Source: Synechococcus sp.
GTDB taxonomy: Bacteria > Cyanobacteriota > Cyanobacteriia > Thermostichales > PCC-7336
Length of the DNA stretch: 64,000 nucleotides
Direction: 5' to 3'
Assembly: GCA_051439605.1 (NCBI GenBank)
Contig: JBFRWN010000015.1
Span: 21,378 to 85,377 of the forward strand
Under the pieces are notes generated by a model. It was not told the DNA's origin, made no database searches, and saw only the letters and a list, made by a program, of their open reading frames with translations. The translations under genes and the position numbers were made by a program. Of the stretch, positions 52,825 through 62,490 are shown piece after piece (position 1 is the stretch's first letter; every line of letters starts with the position of its first letter).

Positions 52825-53598
52825 CTAGGGCTGAATCGTGACAATCCCGTTATAGATCAGCTGACCCGCCTGCAGTTGCAAGCTCCCGATCGCCACATCT
52901 GGGCCGAGGTCAATGGCCAAATCTTCTAAGCCTGTGATTGGGGTTTCCACCCCACCCTCCCCCAACCAGGTGGGGTTCACTAATAGCAATTGCGAGCCAT
53001 TCTGCGGGAGTAGCCCCGTCGTGACAGACACCGGAACATCGGTGCCATCAGAGTTCAGCAACGCATCAATCTTGAGCCGTCCATCCAGGATGGACACCTG
53101 CGGTTCCCGCAGTTGAAACGCGACAGACCCACCGCTGCCAACAGGGATATCTACGTTAGCTTCGGCCAATTGCGATTGAATCAGTGGCGCTTGAATCGAG
53201 CGGTTGAGATCGAGATCGGTGAGCCGCAGCATGGCCTGAACTGGCAAAGGTTCTACTAATTCGAGACTGCCTCCGCTAAGGGCCTCATCCACCGTCAGGC
53301 GAATATCTTGCCCGGTTAATTCCACGCGAGACAAGTAGAAATCTTTGTAGACCAGATTGTCGCCAGACACCTCCGCTTGGGCGATTCGCCCCCCCAGCAG
53401 GTCGTTATCAGCCCCCTTGATGTTGACGGACAGATTATCGACGCTGTCCACCTCCGACTTAATCCAACGAGCCACCAGCGGATTGACGATCGCACTGACA
53501 AATTGCGCGGAAGCAGGCCAAGCCAACGTTGCCGCAGGCAGTGCGATTGCAGCAGCGATCGCCGACCACAGTTTTAAGCGCATATGTCTTGAGCGCAT
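52825..53598 (-). CDS. DUF2993 / LmeA-like exported protein
   Basis: Signal peptide, LLGGRI, LRLTDLDLNRSI pattern. Confidence 0.7.
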   Translation of the reverse strand: MRSRHMRLKLWSAIAAAIALPAATLAWPASAQFVSAIVNPLVARWIKSEVDSVDNLSVNIKGADNDLLGGRIAQAEVSGDNLVYKDFYLSRVELTGQDIRLTVDEALSGGSLELVEPLPVQAMLRLTDLDLNRSIQAPLIQSQLAEANVDIPVGSGGSVAFQLREPQVSILDGRLKIDALLNSDGTDVPVSVTTGLLPQNGSQLLLVNPTWLGEGGVETPITGLEDLAIDLGPDVAIGSLQLQAGQLIYNGIVTIQP

Positions 53599-53674
53599 AA
53601 CTCAACCTCGAATTCTGGAGTGTTTGACTCTGTGGAGCAGTCTAACGATTTGAGATTGAGAACGGGCAGGGGCG

Positions 53675-54091
53675 TTACAGCAAAGCTTTTAACGCTTGCA
53701 GGTACTCATCAATGTTGCGTTGGTTGCCCCCAAAGTCGCGTTCCCCCATCCGACCTACAGAATGAATCGAAATTTGGGTTTTGCCGGGGTCCGCTTCGCT
53801 GGGGGAGATGGCCACGTCGATATCATCCACAAACTTAAAAAAGTTGGTGCGAGAAACCCCTGTCACCACCTGCTGAGCTTCGTCTGCTTCAACAAACTCC
53901 CCACGAGACCAATCAGTAAATGCCTGCTGCGCTGCAGAAAAGACCGCTTCGGGGGCAGCATCAACCACGATCTGCTGGCTGGCTTGGTTGTGGGGGCTAG
54001 CGGCCATGGCAGGCTGTCCAAATCCCAATGAAATACTGGCTACTAGGGCAATCGCCATGAATACCCGAATCACTGGTCGACCAAAAACCAT
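53675..54091 (-). CDS. DUF1499 family protein
   Basis: SRTNFFKFVDDI, SVGRMGERDFGGNQRNI. Confidence 0.8.
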   Translation of the reverse strand: MVFGRPVIRVFMAIALVASISLGFGQPAMAASPHNQASQQIVVDAAPEAVFSAAQQAFTDWSRGEFVEADEAQQVVTGVSRTNFFKFVDDIDVAISPSEADPGKTQISIHSVGRMGERDFGGNQRNIDEYLQALKALL

Positions 54092-54256
54092 AACTAAAAC
54101 CCTTTATAAAAGTTCACTCTTCCCATCATGGCTGCGGATGCGGCGATCGCCCAAATGCAATCGCTGCAAACACGTTTTCTTTACTCAAGCGGTAAAGCCG
54201 CGTAATCTGCACTCGCTATACTGCGGTAACGCCAGTCCGTTGGTTTGGGTAGCTAG

Positions 54257-56353
54257 GTGAGCTTAAAAGACCTGATTATTCAGGAGACCTATCGCAGTGA
54301 TGACTGTGACCTAGTTGAGGATTTTTACGAGCCTTGCCTACAACATTCGACCACGTACGATCGCGCTGCGGGCTATTTCTCTAGTTCATCTCTGGCGGCG
54401 ATCGCACAGGGGCTAACCGCGTTTATCCGTGGCGGAGGGCGAATGCGGTTGGTGACTTCGCCCAAGCTATCCGAAGAGGACAGTTGGGCGATCGCCCAGG
54501 GGTTAAAGCAACGAGATGAGGTGATTACTCGTACCCTTTTGAGAAGTCTCGATGGAAAGTCCTTACCCGATCTAGGCAAACAACGGTTGGCTGCTCTCAC
54601 CTGGCTGCTAGCAAACGGGTTATTGGATATCAAGCTAGCGATAGTACCCTCGCACCGAGGCATCTTTCATGAAAAGGTGGGCATTTTTGCAGATGCTGAC
54701 GGCAACTTAGTGACGTTTAGTGGATCGGCCAACGAGAGTGAAAATGCTCTCAGACATAATTTTGAAGTATGGGAAATTTTTACATCTTGGCAAGCGGGCG
54801 TAGAAAGCCGCGCAAGGCGAAGAGCCCAAGCGTTTGAGGACCTATGGCAGAACCGCACGCCAAAAGTCGATGTCATTGATTTTCCGGAGGCAGTGAAGCG
54901 ATCGCTAATTGAAACCTATTGTCCCAGTCGTCCTCCCACTCAGGAGTTTAAAGTAGCTAGCTCGGTAGGTCCCTATAATTTTTCTCCTTCAGGTACACCA
55001 GCTTTACCCAAAGGTTTAACGTTACGCTCCTACCAACAACAGGCTGTAGAGAATTGGTTCAAGAACAAGGGACGCGGCACGCTGAAGATGGCGACAGGCA
55101 GCGGCAAGACGATTACGGCACTAGCGATCGCCACCCGCCTGTTTGAGACCATCGAGCTCAAAGTTCTGTTGGTGGTCTGTCCCTACCGCCATTTGGTCAG
55201 TCAGTGGGCAACAGAATGTCGAAAATTTGGACTGAAGCCTCTTTTGGCGTTTGAGAGTGCACAACGGTGGCAAGAGAATTTAGCGACACAACTGTATAAC
55301 GTGCGATCGGGTTCGCAAACATTCCTGACGATTGTGACCACGAATTCCACACTTATCGGTCAGCGGTTGCAATCGCAGTTGCAGTACCTGCCCGCCAAAA
55401 CATTGATTGTGGGAGATGAAGCCCACAATTTGGGGGCACGTCGGCTAGAAGAGAGTTTGCCTCGCAACGTTGGCTTGCGTTTAGCGCTGTCGGCGACTCC
55501 GGAGCGCTATTTTGATGACTCGGGCACGCAGCGAATTTTTGACTATTTCGGGCCTGTGTTGGAACCGGAATTTACCCTCAAGGATGCAATTCGAGCGGAG
55601 GCTTTAGTTCACTATCTCTATTACCCAATGTTGGTGGAGCTAACGGAGAGCGAGGCGGAAGAATACGCGACATTGACGGCAAAAATTGGGCGGTGTATCG
55701 GATTGGGAGGGGCAGACGCGGAGGAGAACGAAGCGTTGACGGCGTTATTGGTGAAGCGATCGCGGTTGGTGGGGGCGGCAGCCAACAAGTTGGTGGTGTT
55801 GCGGCAGCTGATGCAAGAGCGGCTGGATACCTCCCATACGTTGTTCTATTGCGGTGATGGTGAGGTAGAAGACGAGGTAACCGCAGAGACGAGGCGGCAG
55901 GTGGAGGCGGTGACGCGGTTATTGGGGAAAGAGTTGGGATATCGGGTGAATACCTATACGGCGGAGACATCTTTGCAGGAACGCGAGCAGTTGCGGCAGC
56001 AGTTTGAATCAGGGGAGTTGCAGGGATTGGTGGCGATTCGCTGTTTGGATGAGGGGGTGGATATTCCGGCGACGCGGACAGCAGTGATTTTAGCGAGCAG
56101 CAGCAATCCCCGGCAGTTTATTCAGCGACGGGGACGGATTTTGCGACGGCATCCGGGGAAGGATAGGGCGACATTGTTCGATGCCATTGTGGTGCCGCCG
56201 GAGATGGGAGAAAAGACCATGGAGGTGGAGCGAGGGTTGTTGCGAAAGGAACTGAGACGGTTTGTGGAGTTTGCGGATTTGGCGGATAACGCTGGCGAAG
56301 CGCGAGCACATCTGCTACCACTGCAGAAACGTTATGGGTTGCTGGATTTGTGA
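54257..56353 (+). CDS. pbeA: PLD-nuclease + SF2 helicase (DNA phosphorothioation-associated restriction enzyme, PbeA-like)
   Basis: YDRAAGYFSS, PLD motif FHEK..GSANES, MATGSGKT, DEAH, LSATP, LDEGVDIP, QRRGRILR. Confidence 0.8.
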   Translation: MSLKDLIIQETYRSDDCDLVEDFYEPCLQHSTTYDRAAGYFSSSSLAAIAQGLTAFIRGGGRMRLVTSPKLSEEDSWAIAQGLKQRDEVITRTLLRSLDGKSLPDLGKQRLAALTWLLANGLLDIKLAIVPSHRGIFHEKVGIFADADGNLVTFSGSANESENALRHNFEVWEIFTSWQAGVESRARRRAQAFEDLWQNRTPKVDVIDFPEAVKRSLIETYCPSRPPTQEFKVASSVGPYNFSPSGTPALPKGLTLRSYQQQAVENWFKNKGRGTLKMATGSGKTITALAIATRLFETIELKVLLVVCPYRHLVSQWATECRKFGLKPLLAFESAQRWQENLATQLYNVRSGSQTFLTIVTTNSTLIGQRLQSQLQYLPAKTLIVGDEAHNLGARRLEESLPRNVGLRLALSATPERYFDDSGTQRIFDYFGPVLEPEFTLKDAIRAEALVHYLYYPMLVELTESEAEEYATLTAKIGRCIGLGGADAEENEALTALLVKRSRLVGAAANKLVVLRQLMQERLDTSHTLFYCGDGEVEDEVTAETRRQVEAVTRLLGKELGYRVNTYTAETSLQEREQLRQQFESGELQGLVAIRCLDEGVDIPATRTAVILASSSNPRQFIQRRGRILRRHPGKDRATLFDAIVVPPEMGEKTMEVERGLLRKELRRFVEFADLADNAGEARAHLLPLQKRYGLLDL

Positions 56354-56460
56354 TTTGTGGTGGGGGAACCCCCTACATCCCCCACTTGTGGGGGACTTGT
56401 TAACAGGTTCTCGGATGGCCTTTTGGAGTTACCGATTTTTGTAGATTTTGGAGGCAGTCA

Positions 56461-56649
56461 ATGGCAAAGGAATCGGACACTGTTGAGCCAACGATGGAGG
56501 ATGTGCAGGAGCCGATTACGACTGCACCGCAGCAGGTGAAGCAGATTATCGAGCGGGTGTTGAGGATCGAGAAGGATCGTCTGGATAACAACAATCGCGG
56601 GCACATCAATGAAGACATTTTGCAAGTGGTGAAGGACGAAATTCGGTGA
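56461..56649 (+). CDS. Small helical protein (PbeB-like by position)
   Basis: GGAGG RBS; stop overlaps the ATPase start (GTGA coupling). Confidence 0.65.
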   Translation: MAKESDTVEPTMEDVQEPITTAPQQVKQIIERVLRIEKDRLDNNNRGHINEDILQVVKDEIR

Positions 56650-58730
56650 AGCTGATTGGATTGCGGCTAAAAAATTTTCGGCCTTTTTACGGCACGACGC
56701 CCGAGTTGAAGCTGGGGGGAGCAGCGGGGCGAAATATTACGGTAATTCACGGCAATAACGGTTCGGGTAAGACTGCATTGCTGAATGCCTTTACTTGGGC
56801 GCTGTACGAGTCGTTTACAGCGGCACTGGCATCTCCCGAACAGTTGGTGAATCAGCGGGCGATCGCCGAGGCAGGGGTCAACCAACTGGTGGAATGTTGG
56901 GTGGAGGTGATGTTCGAGCACGAAGGTCGGAAATATCGGGTGCGGCGGGTGTGTCGGGCAACACAAAATGCGAACGGCGAGGTGACTCACAGTAAGAGCG
57001 AGCTGCAGTTACAAACCTGCGGAGATGACGGACGCTGGCAGTTCATGCTCTCCAATCAAACGCCAGAGGATGCCATCACGCGAATTTTGCCCAAGAGTTT
57101 GCACCAGTATTTTTTCTTTGATGGGGAACGAATCGAGCGGATCGTGCGATCGCAGAATCGGGCGGAGATTGCGGAAGCCACCAAGAAGCTAATCGGGCGG
57201 GAGGTGTTGGAGAAGAGCATCCTGCACTTAAAAAATGCTCGCAAGACGCTGGAGCAGGAGTTGGAACGGATTGGGGATGCGGAAACGAAGAAGTTTTTGG
57301 CGCAGAAGACCGAGCTGGAGGCGAAGCGCGATCGCCTTTTAGAGAGACAAGATGAAATTGAGACAGAACTAGCCCATCATGCCGACCGGCAAAACACCCT
57401 GCGGGAGCAGTTGCAGGAGCTGAGTGGGGCGGAACAACTGCAGTTGCGGCGGCAGGAATTGAAAGCCTCACTGGCAGAGCATCGGGAGCTGCTGGCTCAG
57501 AGTAAGGAGGTGTTGAAAAAAGCGATTTCGACGCGGGGCTATACCGTGTTTTTGGGGGAGGCAACGGCGGCGTTTCGGCAGATGGTGGAGGGGTTGAGGC
57601 AGCGGGGGGAGTTGCCTGCGGATGTGAAGCAACAGTTCGTGCAGGATTTGCTCGATCGCAACTACTGCATTTGCGGCACAGAGCTGCACGAGGGCAGCCC
57701 AGAGCGGAAGAAGGTGGGGGCTTGGCTGGAGAAGGCGGGGTTGGCGGATGTGGAGGAGCAAGTATTCAAGCTGGCGTCGGAGGTGGATCGGATCGATCGC
57801 CAGGCGGAGGAGTTTTGGGAGGAGGTCGATCGCGAGCAGGCGAATGTTAGCCGCTTTCGGGACGTTATCGGGCGAGTGCAGACGGAGTTGGAGGGGATTG
57901 ATGAGCAGTTGCGGCAGTTCCCACGCGAGGATGTGCGGCAGTTGCAGGCGCGGTTGGACGAGTTAGAGGACAAGGTCAACGATTTGACGTTGGAGAAGGG
58001 AGGAAATCAATTTAAGGTTGCAGAGTTGGACGAGCGGATTCAGGCGTTGGGCAAGCGGATTCGCGAGCACAAGAAAATGGAGAAGGATCAGCGGCTGGCG
58101 CAGAAGCGGATTGATGCGGCGGAGGATGCGATCGCCCGCCTGGTTGAGACTCAGAACAATTTAGATCGGATGTTTCGGGTGCAGTTGGAGCGCAGGATTC
58201 AGGAGATTTTCGGTCAGATTTCGTTTAAGTCGCAGGTGCCCCGCCTGAGCGAGAAGTACGAGCTGACGCTGGTGGATACCGTCGCCGGGCAGGAGGTGCC
58301 TGCCGGGGCTTCGACGGGGGAGAACCAGATTTTGAGTTTGGCGTTTATTGGAGCGGTGATCGATCGCGTGCGGGAGTGGAGCCGCAATCGCAGCAATTTG
58401 CTAGTAGCTCCCGAGAGTGGCACGTTTCCGGTGGTGATGGATTCGCCGTTTGGCACGTTGGACGAGCTGTATCGGCGGCAGGTGGCGCGGTTGATTCCCA
58501 AGTTGGCGAATCAGGTGGTGGTGCTGGCGTCGAAGACGCAGTGGCGGGGGGAAGTGGAGAAAGAGATGGAGAAGCAGATCGCGCGGGAGTACGTGCTGTC
58601 GTTTAATTCCACCAAGCAGGATGGGGAGCGGGATGAGATCGAGCGGCAGGGGGAGAGCTATCCGTTGGTGCGATCGAGCCCGAATGAGTTTGAATACACT
58701 GAGATTGTGGAGGTCAACCGCAATGGTTAG
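56646..58730 (+). CDS. Rad50/SMC-like ABC ATPase with Zn hook (PbeC / DndD-like)
   Basis: LKNFRPFYG, Walker A GNNGSGKT, FFFDGE, coiled coils with central CICG, signature ASTGE, Walker B VMDSPFGTLD. Confidence 0.85.
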   Translation: MKLIGLRLKNFRPFYGTTPELKLGGAAGRNITVIHGNNGSGKTALLNAFTWALYESFTAALASPEQLVNQRAIAEAGVNQLVECWVEVMFEHEGRKYRVRRVCRATQNANGEVTHSKSELQLQTCGDDGRWQFMLSNQTPEDAITRILPKSLHQYFFFDGERIERIVRSQNRAEIAEATKKLIGREVLEKSILHLKNARKTLEQELERIGDAETKKFLAQKTELEAKRDRLLERQDEIETELAHHADRQNTLREQLQELSGAEQLQLRRQELKASLAEHRELLAQSKEVLKKAISTRGYTVFLGEATAAFRQMVEGLRQRGELPADVKQQFVQDLLDRNYCICGTELHEGSPERKKVGAWLEKAGLADVEEQVFKLASEVDRIDRQAEEFWEEVDREQANVSRFRDVIGRVQTELEGIDEQLRQFPREDVRQLQARLDELEDKVNDLTLEKGGNQFKVAELDERIQALGKRIREHKKMEKDQRLAQKRIDAAEDAIARLVETQNNLDRMFRVQLERRIQEIFGQISFKSQVPRLSEKYELTLVDTVAGQEVPAGASTGENQILSLAFIGAVIDRVREWSRNRSNLLVAPESGTFPVVMDSPFGTLDELYRRQVARLIPKLANQVVVLASKTQWRGEVEKEMEKQIAREYVLSFNSTKQDGERDEIERQGESYPLVRSSPNEFEYTEIVEVNRNG

Positions 58731-59385
58731 TGTTTCGCCCCAACCGTCAATCGTTCAGACCGATAAGTGGGTGAAGGCGAGTTGGGCTGAGTTTGAGGCG
58801 GCATGTGCCAGCCCTGCTTTGGTTGGAGGGCGATTTTATTATGTTGGCGATCGCATGAGGATTGAGATGCCGCCGGTTGGTTCTTCCCACTGTCAAGACG
58901 ATCCTGTAGTGTCGCGAGTTGTGAGCCTATTTGCCACCGTCAAGGGTTTGCGGGTGAAGGAGTTGGGCAACGCCAGTTTTCGGAAGATGGGGGAGCTGGA
59001 GTTTCAGCCAGATATTGCCTTTTATATTGGTGACGATCTGAGGTTTCCGCCTAGGGGAACGGCTCCCATCGATCTGAACGCAGTTGGGGTGCCGACGCTG
59101 GCGATCGAGATTTCTTCGACCAGCTTGAGTGACGATTTGGGGGCGAAGCGGTTGATGTACGAGGCATTGGGGGTGAAGGAATATTGGGTGGTGGATGTCA
59201 GTCAATGCGAGGCGATCGCATTTGAAATGTCTGAGGGATATAGCGGGCGCATTTACGAGTCTCGGGTGTTGCCAGGGTTGCAGATGTCTGTGGTGGCAGA
59301 GGCATTGCGACGCAGCCAAACAGAAGATGACGGCACGGTTAATCGTTGGTTGATGGAGACATTCGCGAGTGAAGGTGAAGGCTAA
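58723..59385 (+). CDS. Uma2 family endonuclease
   Basis: IEMPPVGSSH, QPDIAF, PTLAIEIS, DDLGAKRLMYEALGVKEYWVVD. Confidence 0.9.
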   Translation: MVSVSPQPSIVQTDKWVKASWAEFEAACASPALVGGRFYYVGDRMRIEMPPVGSSHCQDDPVVSRVVSLFATVKGLRVKELGNASFRKMGELEFQPDIAFYIGDDLRFPPRGTAPIDLNAVGVPTLAIEISSTSLSDDLGAKRLMYEALGVKEYWVVDVSQCEAIAFEMSEGYSGRIYESRVLPGLQMSVVAEALRRSQTEDDGTVNRWLMETFASEGEG

Positions 59386-60120
59386 TGTCGATTCAGTTGG
59401 ATGAAAAGATTTTGGCGCAATTATCCGAGCACGGGGTGACGGTGCCCCCCACTCAAGATGATTTGACTACGACGATGGGGAGCCGATGGATACGCCCCGC
59501 CATGCTGCTCAAATGCGTTAGTTTATTCCCGTTACGGTTGTGGTGGAAGGATCGCGATGAGGGGTTTGTGGGGGGCAATACGTTTGTCCACTACAGCCTG
59601 AAGCAGGTGCGCGATCGCGATTTTAAAGGACCGTTTTTTTTGCGGTGTTGGGGGTGCCGAAGCGGGAACGCAAGAGTTGGGTAGTGTGGGAGGAAAGTAA
59701 GGGACCGGATGTGGTGGTGGAATTACTGTCGCCGAGTACGGCAGAACGGGATAAAACCGTGAAGAAGGCGATTTATCGCGATCGTCTGCGATGTGCAGGA
59801 GTATTTTGGTTCGAGCCGTTGGGGGGGAGTTGGCGGGGTTCTTGCTGACTCGGGAGGGGTACAAGGTTAAGAAGTTGGAGGGCGATCGGTTGGTTTCGGA
59901 GGTGTTGGGGTTGGCGTTGGTGCGCTAGCACGGGGTGTTTGAGGAGATTGAGGCAGATTGGGTGCGATGGGCGACGTTGGAGGGGGAGGTGTTGCCGTTG
60001 GAGGAGGAATTGGCGGAGCGGGCGATGCGACAGGTGAAGGTTGAAAGAGAAAGAGCTGATGCTGAAAAAGAGCGGGCGGAGCGATTGTGGGAGTTAGGGG
60101 TTGACCCGGATGAAGTGTAG
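59385..60120 (+). pseudogene. Decayed Uma2 family endonuclease
   Basis: Fragments in different frames (YDDGEPMDTPRH, FVGGN, RKSWVVWEESKGPDVVVELLSPST, RWATLEG, ELGVDPD) with several frameshifts and TAG stops. Confidence 0.85.
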
Positions 60121-60243
60121 CGATCGGGTAGCTCGTTAAACCATGTGCGAGCTCGGCAATATTGAATTTGGTTAAAAGCATTTCTCAAAGAGCATTTTAA
60201 GTTATATTCGTGTATTGTTTAATTCGAATGTTAGCTCGAAAGC

Positions 60244-60723
60244 ATGTCTAGAGCTCAGATTACAGACAGAATCAGAATTGCTCGAAATAAATCTGACTTT
60301 GTGATGTCTCTAAAGTCGGTGAAACAACAGGGAGGGCCATTTCAGACGTATGCAGATATCGTCAATTTTGCTGCTGCCATTGGTTTGATGCATATGAAGC
60401 GTGAACCTATTGTAGAAGCTTCAAATCATGATCCAGATCCTATTCCACAAGAGCAATTCTCGACTCAAGGGTATGTTGCAATGATAGATCTGGCAATGAT
60501 ATTAGACGACAAAGATCCGAAGAACTTAGCTCAAGATGATTATCGTTCAGAACGAGCGAGAGTTTTTGAGGAATATGCAAATGCAGGACTTGAGATTTTA
60601 GAAGAATCGCTAAAGGCAGCTGCAGACTTACAGGACTCTCTTCTATTGTTTCTATCAGACCATCGCAAAGAAAAAATTCTTTCTAGAACTAGTTTTGATT
60701 TGAGTGATTTTCTGTCGAGCTAG
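60244..60723 (+). CDS. DNA phosphorothioation-associated protein 4-like (PbeD-like)
   Basis: RIRIARNK, GPFQTYADIVNFAAAIG, FEEYANAGLEIL motifs. Confidence 0.75.
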   Translation: MSRAQITDRIRIARNKSDFVMSLKSVKQQGGPFQTYADIVNFAAAIGLMHMKREPIVEASNHDPDPIPQEQFSTQGYVAMIDLAMILDDKDPKNLAQDDYRSERARVFEEYANAGLEILEESLKAAADLQDSLLLFLSDHRKEKILSRTSFDLSDFLSS

Positions 60724-60732
60724 AGGGGAGTC

Positions 60733-61335
60733 TTGGAAAAATTAGAGGGATTGGCCTACTACGCAAAAAAGTTTGAGCGATTGCGGGTTGATCGCTCTTA
60801 CGGAGTTGCACCCCATAAACCAATTCTGCTGCTGTCAGTGATGGAGCTGATTTTCAAAGGAGCGATCGCAGAGAATAGAATTGTACTGTCACCAATTTTA
60901 ATAGCAACCTTCTTAAAATATTGGAGCTATCTTGGCACGCCCAGACATAATCCCGATATATCTCGTCCCTTCTTTCACATGAGAAGTGGGAAATTCTGGC
61001 ATCTATATGCCAACTCTGGTTTTGGGAGAGTTATTGCAGACAAGTTAAGGCTTAAAAACTATTCAGCAGTTAAACAGGCGATTTCACATACCTATCTGGA
61101 TGAAGACCTGTTTGATTCCCTACAAGATAATGTGACAAATACTAGTCTCAGAAGTGTATTGGTTTCGCGCTGGTTTTCAGGTCGCTATGAAGAGACAACT
61201 AGAATTTTGAAGTCTCAAGAAATCTTAGATGAAAATGAATACCTTCAGCAAAAGTATGCTTCTTTTTATCACTGTAGCGACTTAGCCTCCACACTTCGCT
61301 CGATGGATCGCCAACTAGCATGGTCAAATATTTAA
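60733..61335 (+). CDS. Stand-alone sulfur-binding-domain (SBD)-like protein without nuclease domain
   Basis: LRVDRS..APHKPILLLSV and RPFFHMRSGKFWHL; no HNH motif; GAGGGG RBS before TTG. Confidence 0.65.
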   Translation: MEKLEGLAYYAKKFERLRVDRSYGVAPHKPILLLSVMELIFKGAIAENRIVLSPILIATFLKYWSYLGTPRHNPDISRPFFHMRSGKFWHLYANSGFGRVIADKLRLKNYSAVKQAISHTYLDEDLFDSLQDNVTNTSLRSVLVSRWFSGRYEETTRILKSQEILDENEYLQQKYASFYHCSDLASTLRSMDRQLAWSNI

Positions 61336-62276
61336 GCTACTACATCAAAAAAATTACCATGTTGAGGGTGGATCGCTCTCGCGGTATTGCACCTTATCAG
61401 CCACTTTTGATCTTATCTTTGCTAGAAACAATCGAGCAAGGGTTAACAGTACAGAATAAGTTTTTTCTGGGGCCAGAGCTGATCTCGGTTTTTATCAAAT
61501 ATCGAAATCAGTTATCTTCCTCTATTCATCAGGCAGATCCCGCACAGCCATTTTTTCACATGAGTAAGAAAAAAGGGAGTTTCTGGCACCTCAAACCAAA
61601 AGCTGGTCACGAGCATATGCTCTCTTCGAAGATTCGACTGAACTCCCTAAAACTCTTGAGGGAAAATGTTGAATACGGTTATTTCGATTCCGAACTCTTC
61701 AGGCTTTTACAAGATCCTATTTCTAGAAATAGTTTGACAGCTGCACTTGTACAGAAATGGTTCCCAGACAAGTTGGATGAAATTTCAAACTTATTACAGA
61801 TTAGAAGCTTTGAACGGTTACGTCGATCTCTCAAAGAAGCTGGGGGTGCTGTCTACAGTGTTGAAGACTCGGCTGATGACATCGGAATGGTCGTGAGAGA
61901 TGCTGCCTTTAGAAGAAATATTGTTTCACTTTACGAACAAAGATGTGCGTTTTGTAAGGTTCGAGTGATTGATAGAGATCATAACAATATTGTAGATGGC
62001 GCACATATCAAGCCCTTTTCAGAGTTTCGCGATAATCTCCTGAATAACGGGATTTCATTATGCAAAAACCATCATTGGGCCTTCGATCGCGGCTGGTTCG
62101 GCATTAATGATAATTATGAAATATTGATTCCGAGCGATCGCTTCCACGAAGAGTCTCCTCAGCACACACGACCCATGAAAGACTTTGCTGGAGAAGTTAT
62201 CACTTTACCTCTGAGAGAAGAACACTATCCCCGACCAGAAGCATTACAGTGGCATCGTGACAGGTGGGGCATTTGA
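61320..62276 (+). CDS. SBD-like + HNH endonuclease (modification-dependent, type IV-like)
   Basis: APYQPLLIL / QPFFHM N-domain; RDAAFRRNI, CAFC, DGAHIKPF, NGISLCKNHHWAFDRG. Confidence 0.85.
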   Translation: MVKYLSYYIKKITMLRVDRSRGIAPYQPLLILSLLETIEQGLTVQNKFFLGPELISVFIKYRNQLSSSIHQADPAQPFFHMSKKKGSFWHLKPKAGHEHMLSSKIRLNSLKLLRENVEYGYFDSELFRLLQDPISRNSLTAALVQKWFPDKLDEISNLLQIRSFERLRRSLKEAGGAVYSVEDSADDIGMVVRDAAFRRNIVSLYEQRCAFCKVRVIDRDHNNIVDGAHIKPFSEFRDNLLNNGISLCKNHHWAFDRGWFGINDNYEILIPSDRFHEESPQHTRPMKDFAGEVITLPLREEHYPRPEALQWHRDRWGI

Positions 62277-62490
62277 ATTGCCAACGTTCTTATTCATCTA
62301 CGTCCATCGGGGGATTGGGTATTTGCACGGCGATCGCAGCATTCAAACTACCGAGAATCTCATTCAACTTGCCCTTGATACCGCTGATTCTTAGATCGCG
62401 GCGATCGGGCACCTAGGATTTCTGTTTGGGTTGCTGGGGCGATCGCTTGCGGCAATCATCTAAACATTGAGAGGTTGAATCCCTACCCGC

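Noticed and set aside
56646..58730. Calling the ATPase DndD of a dnd modification operon, or housekeeping SbcC
   Set aside because: No dndB/C/E or sbcD beside it; the context (PLD-helicase, small gene, Dnd-associated protein 4) fits a Pbe-like module better
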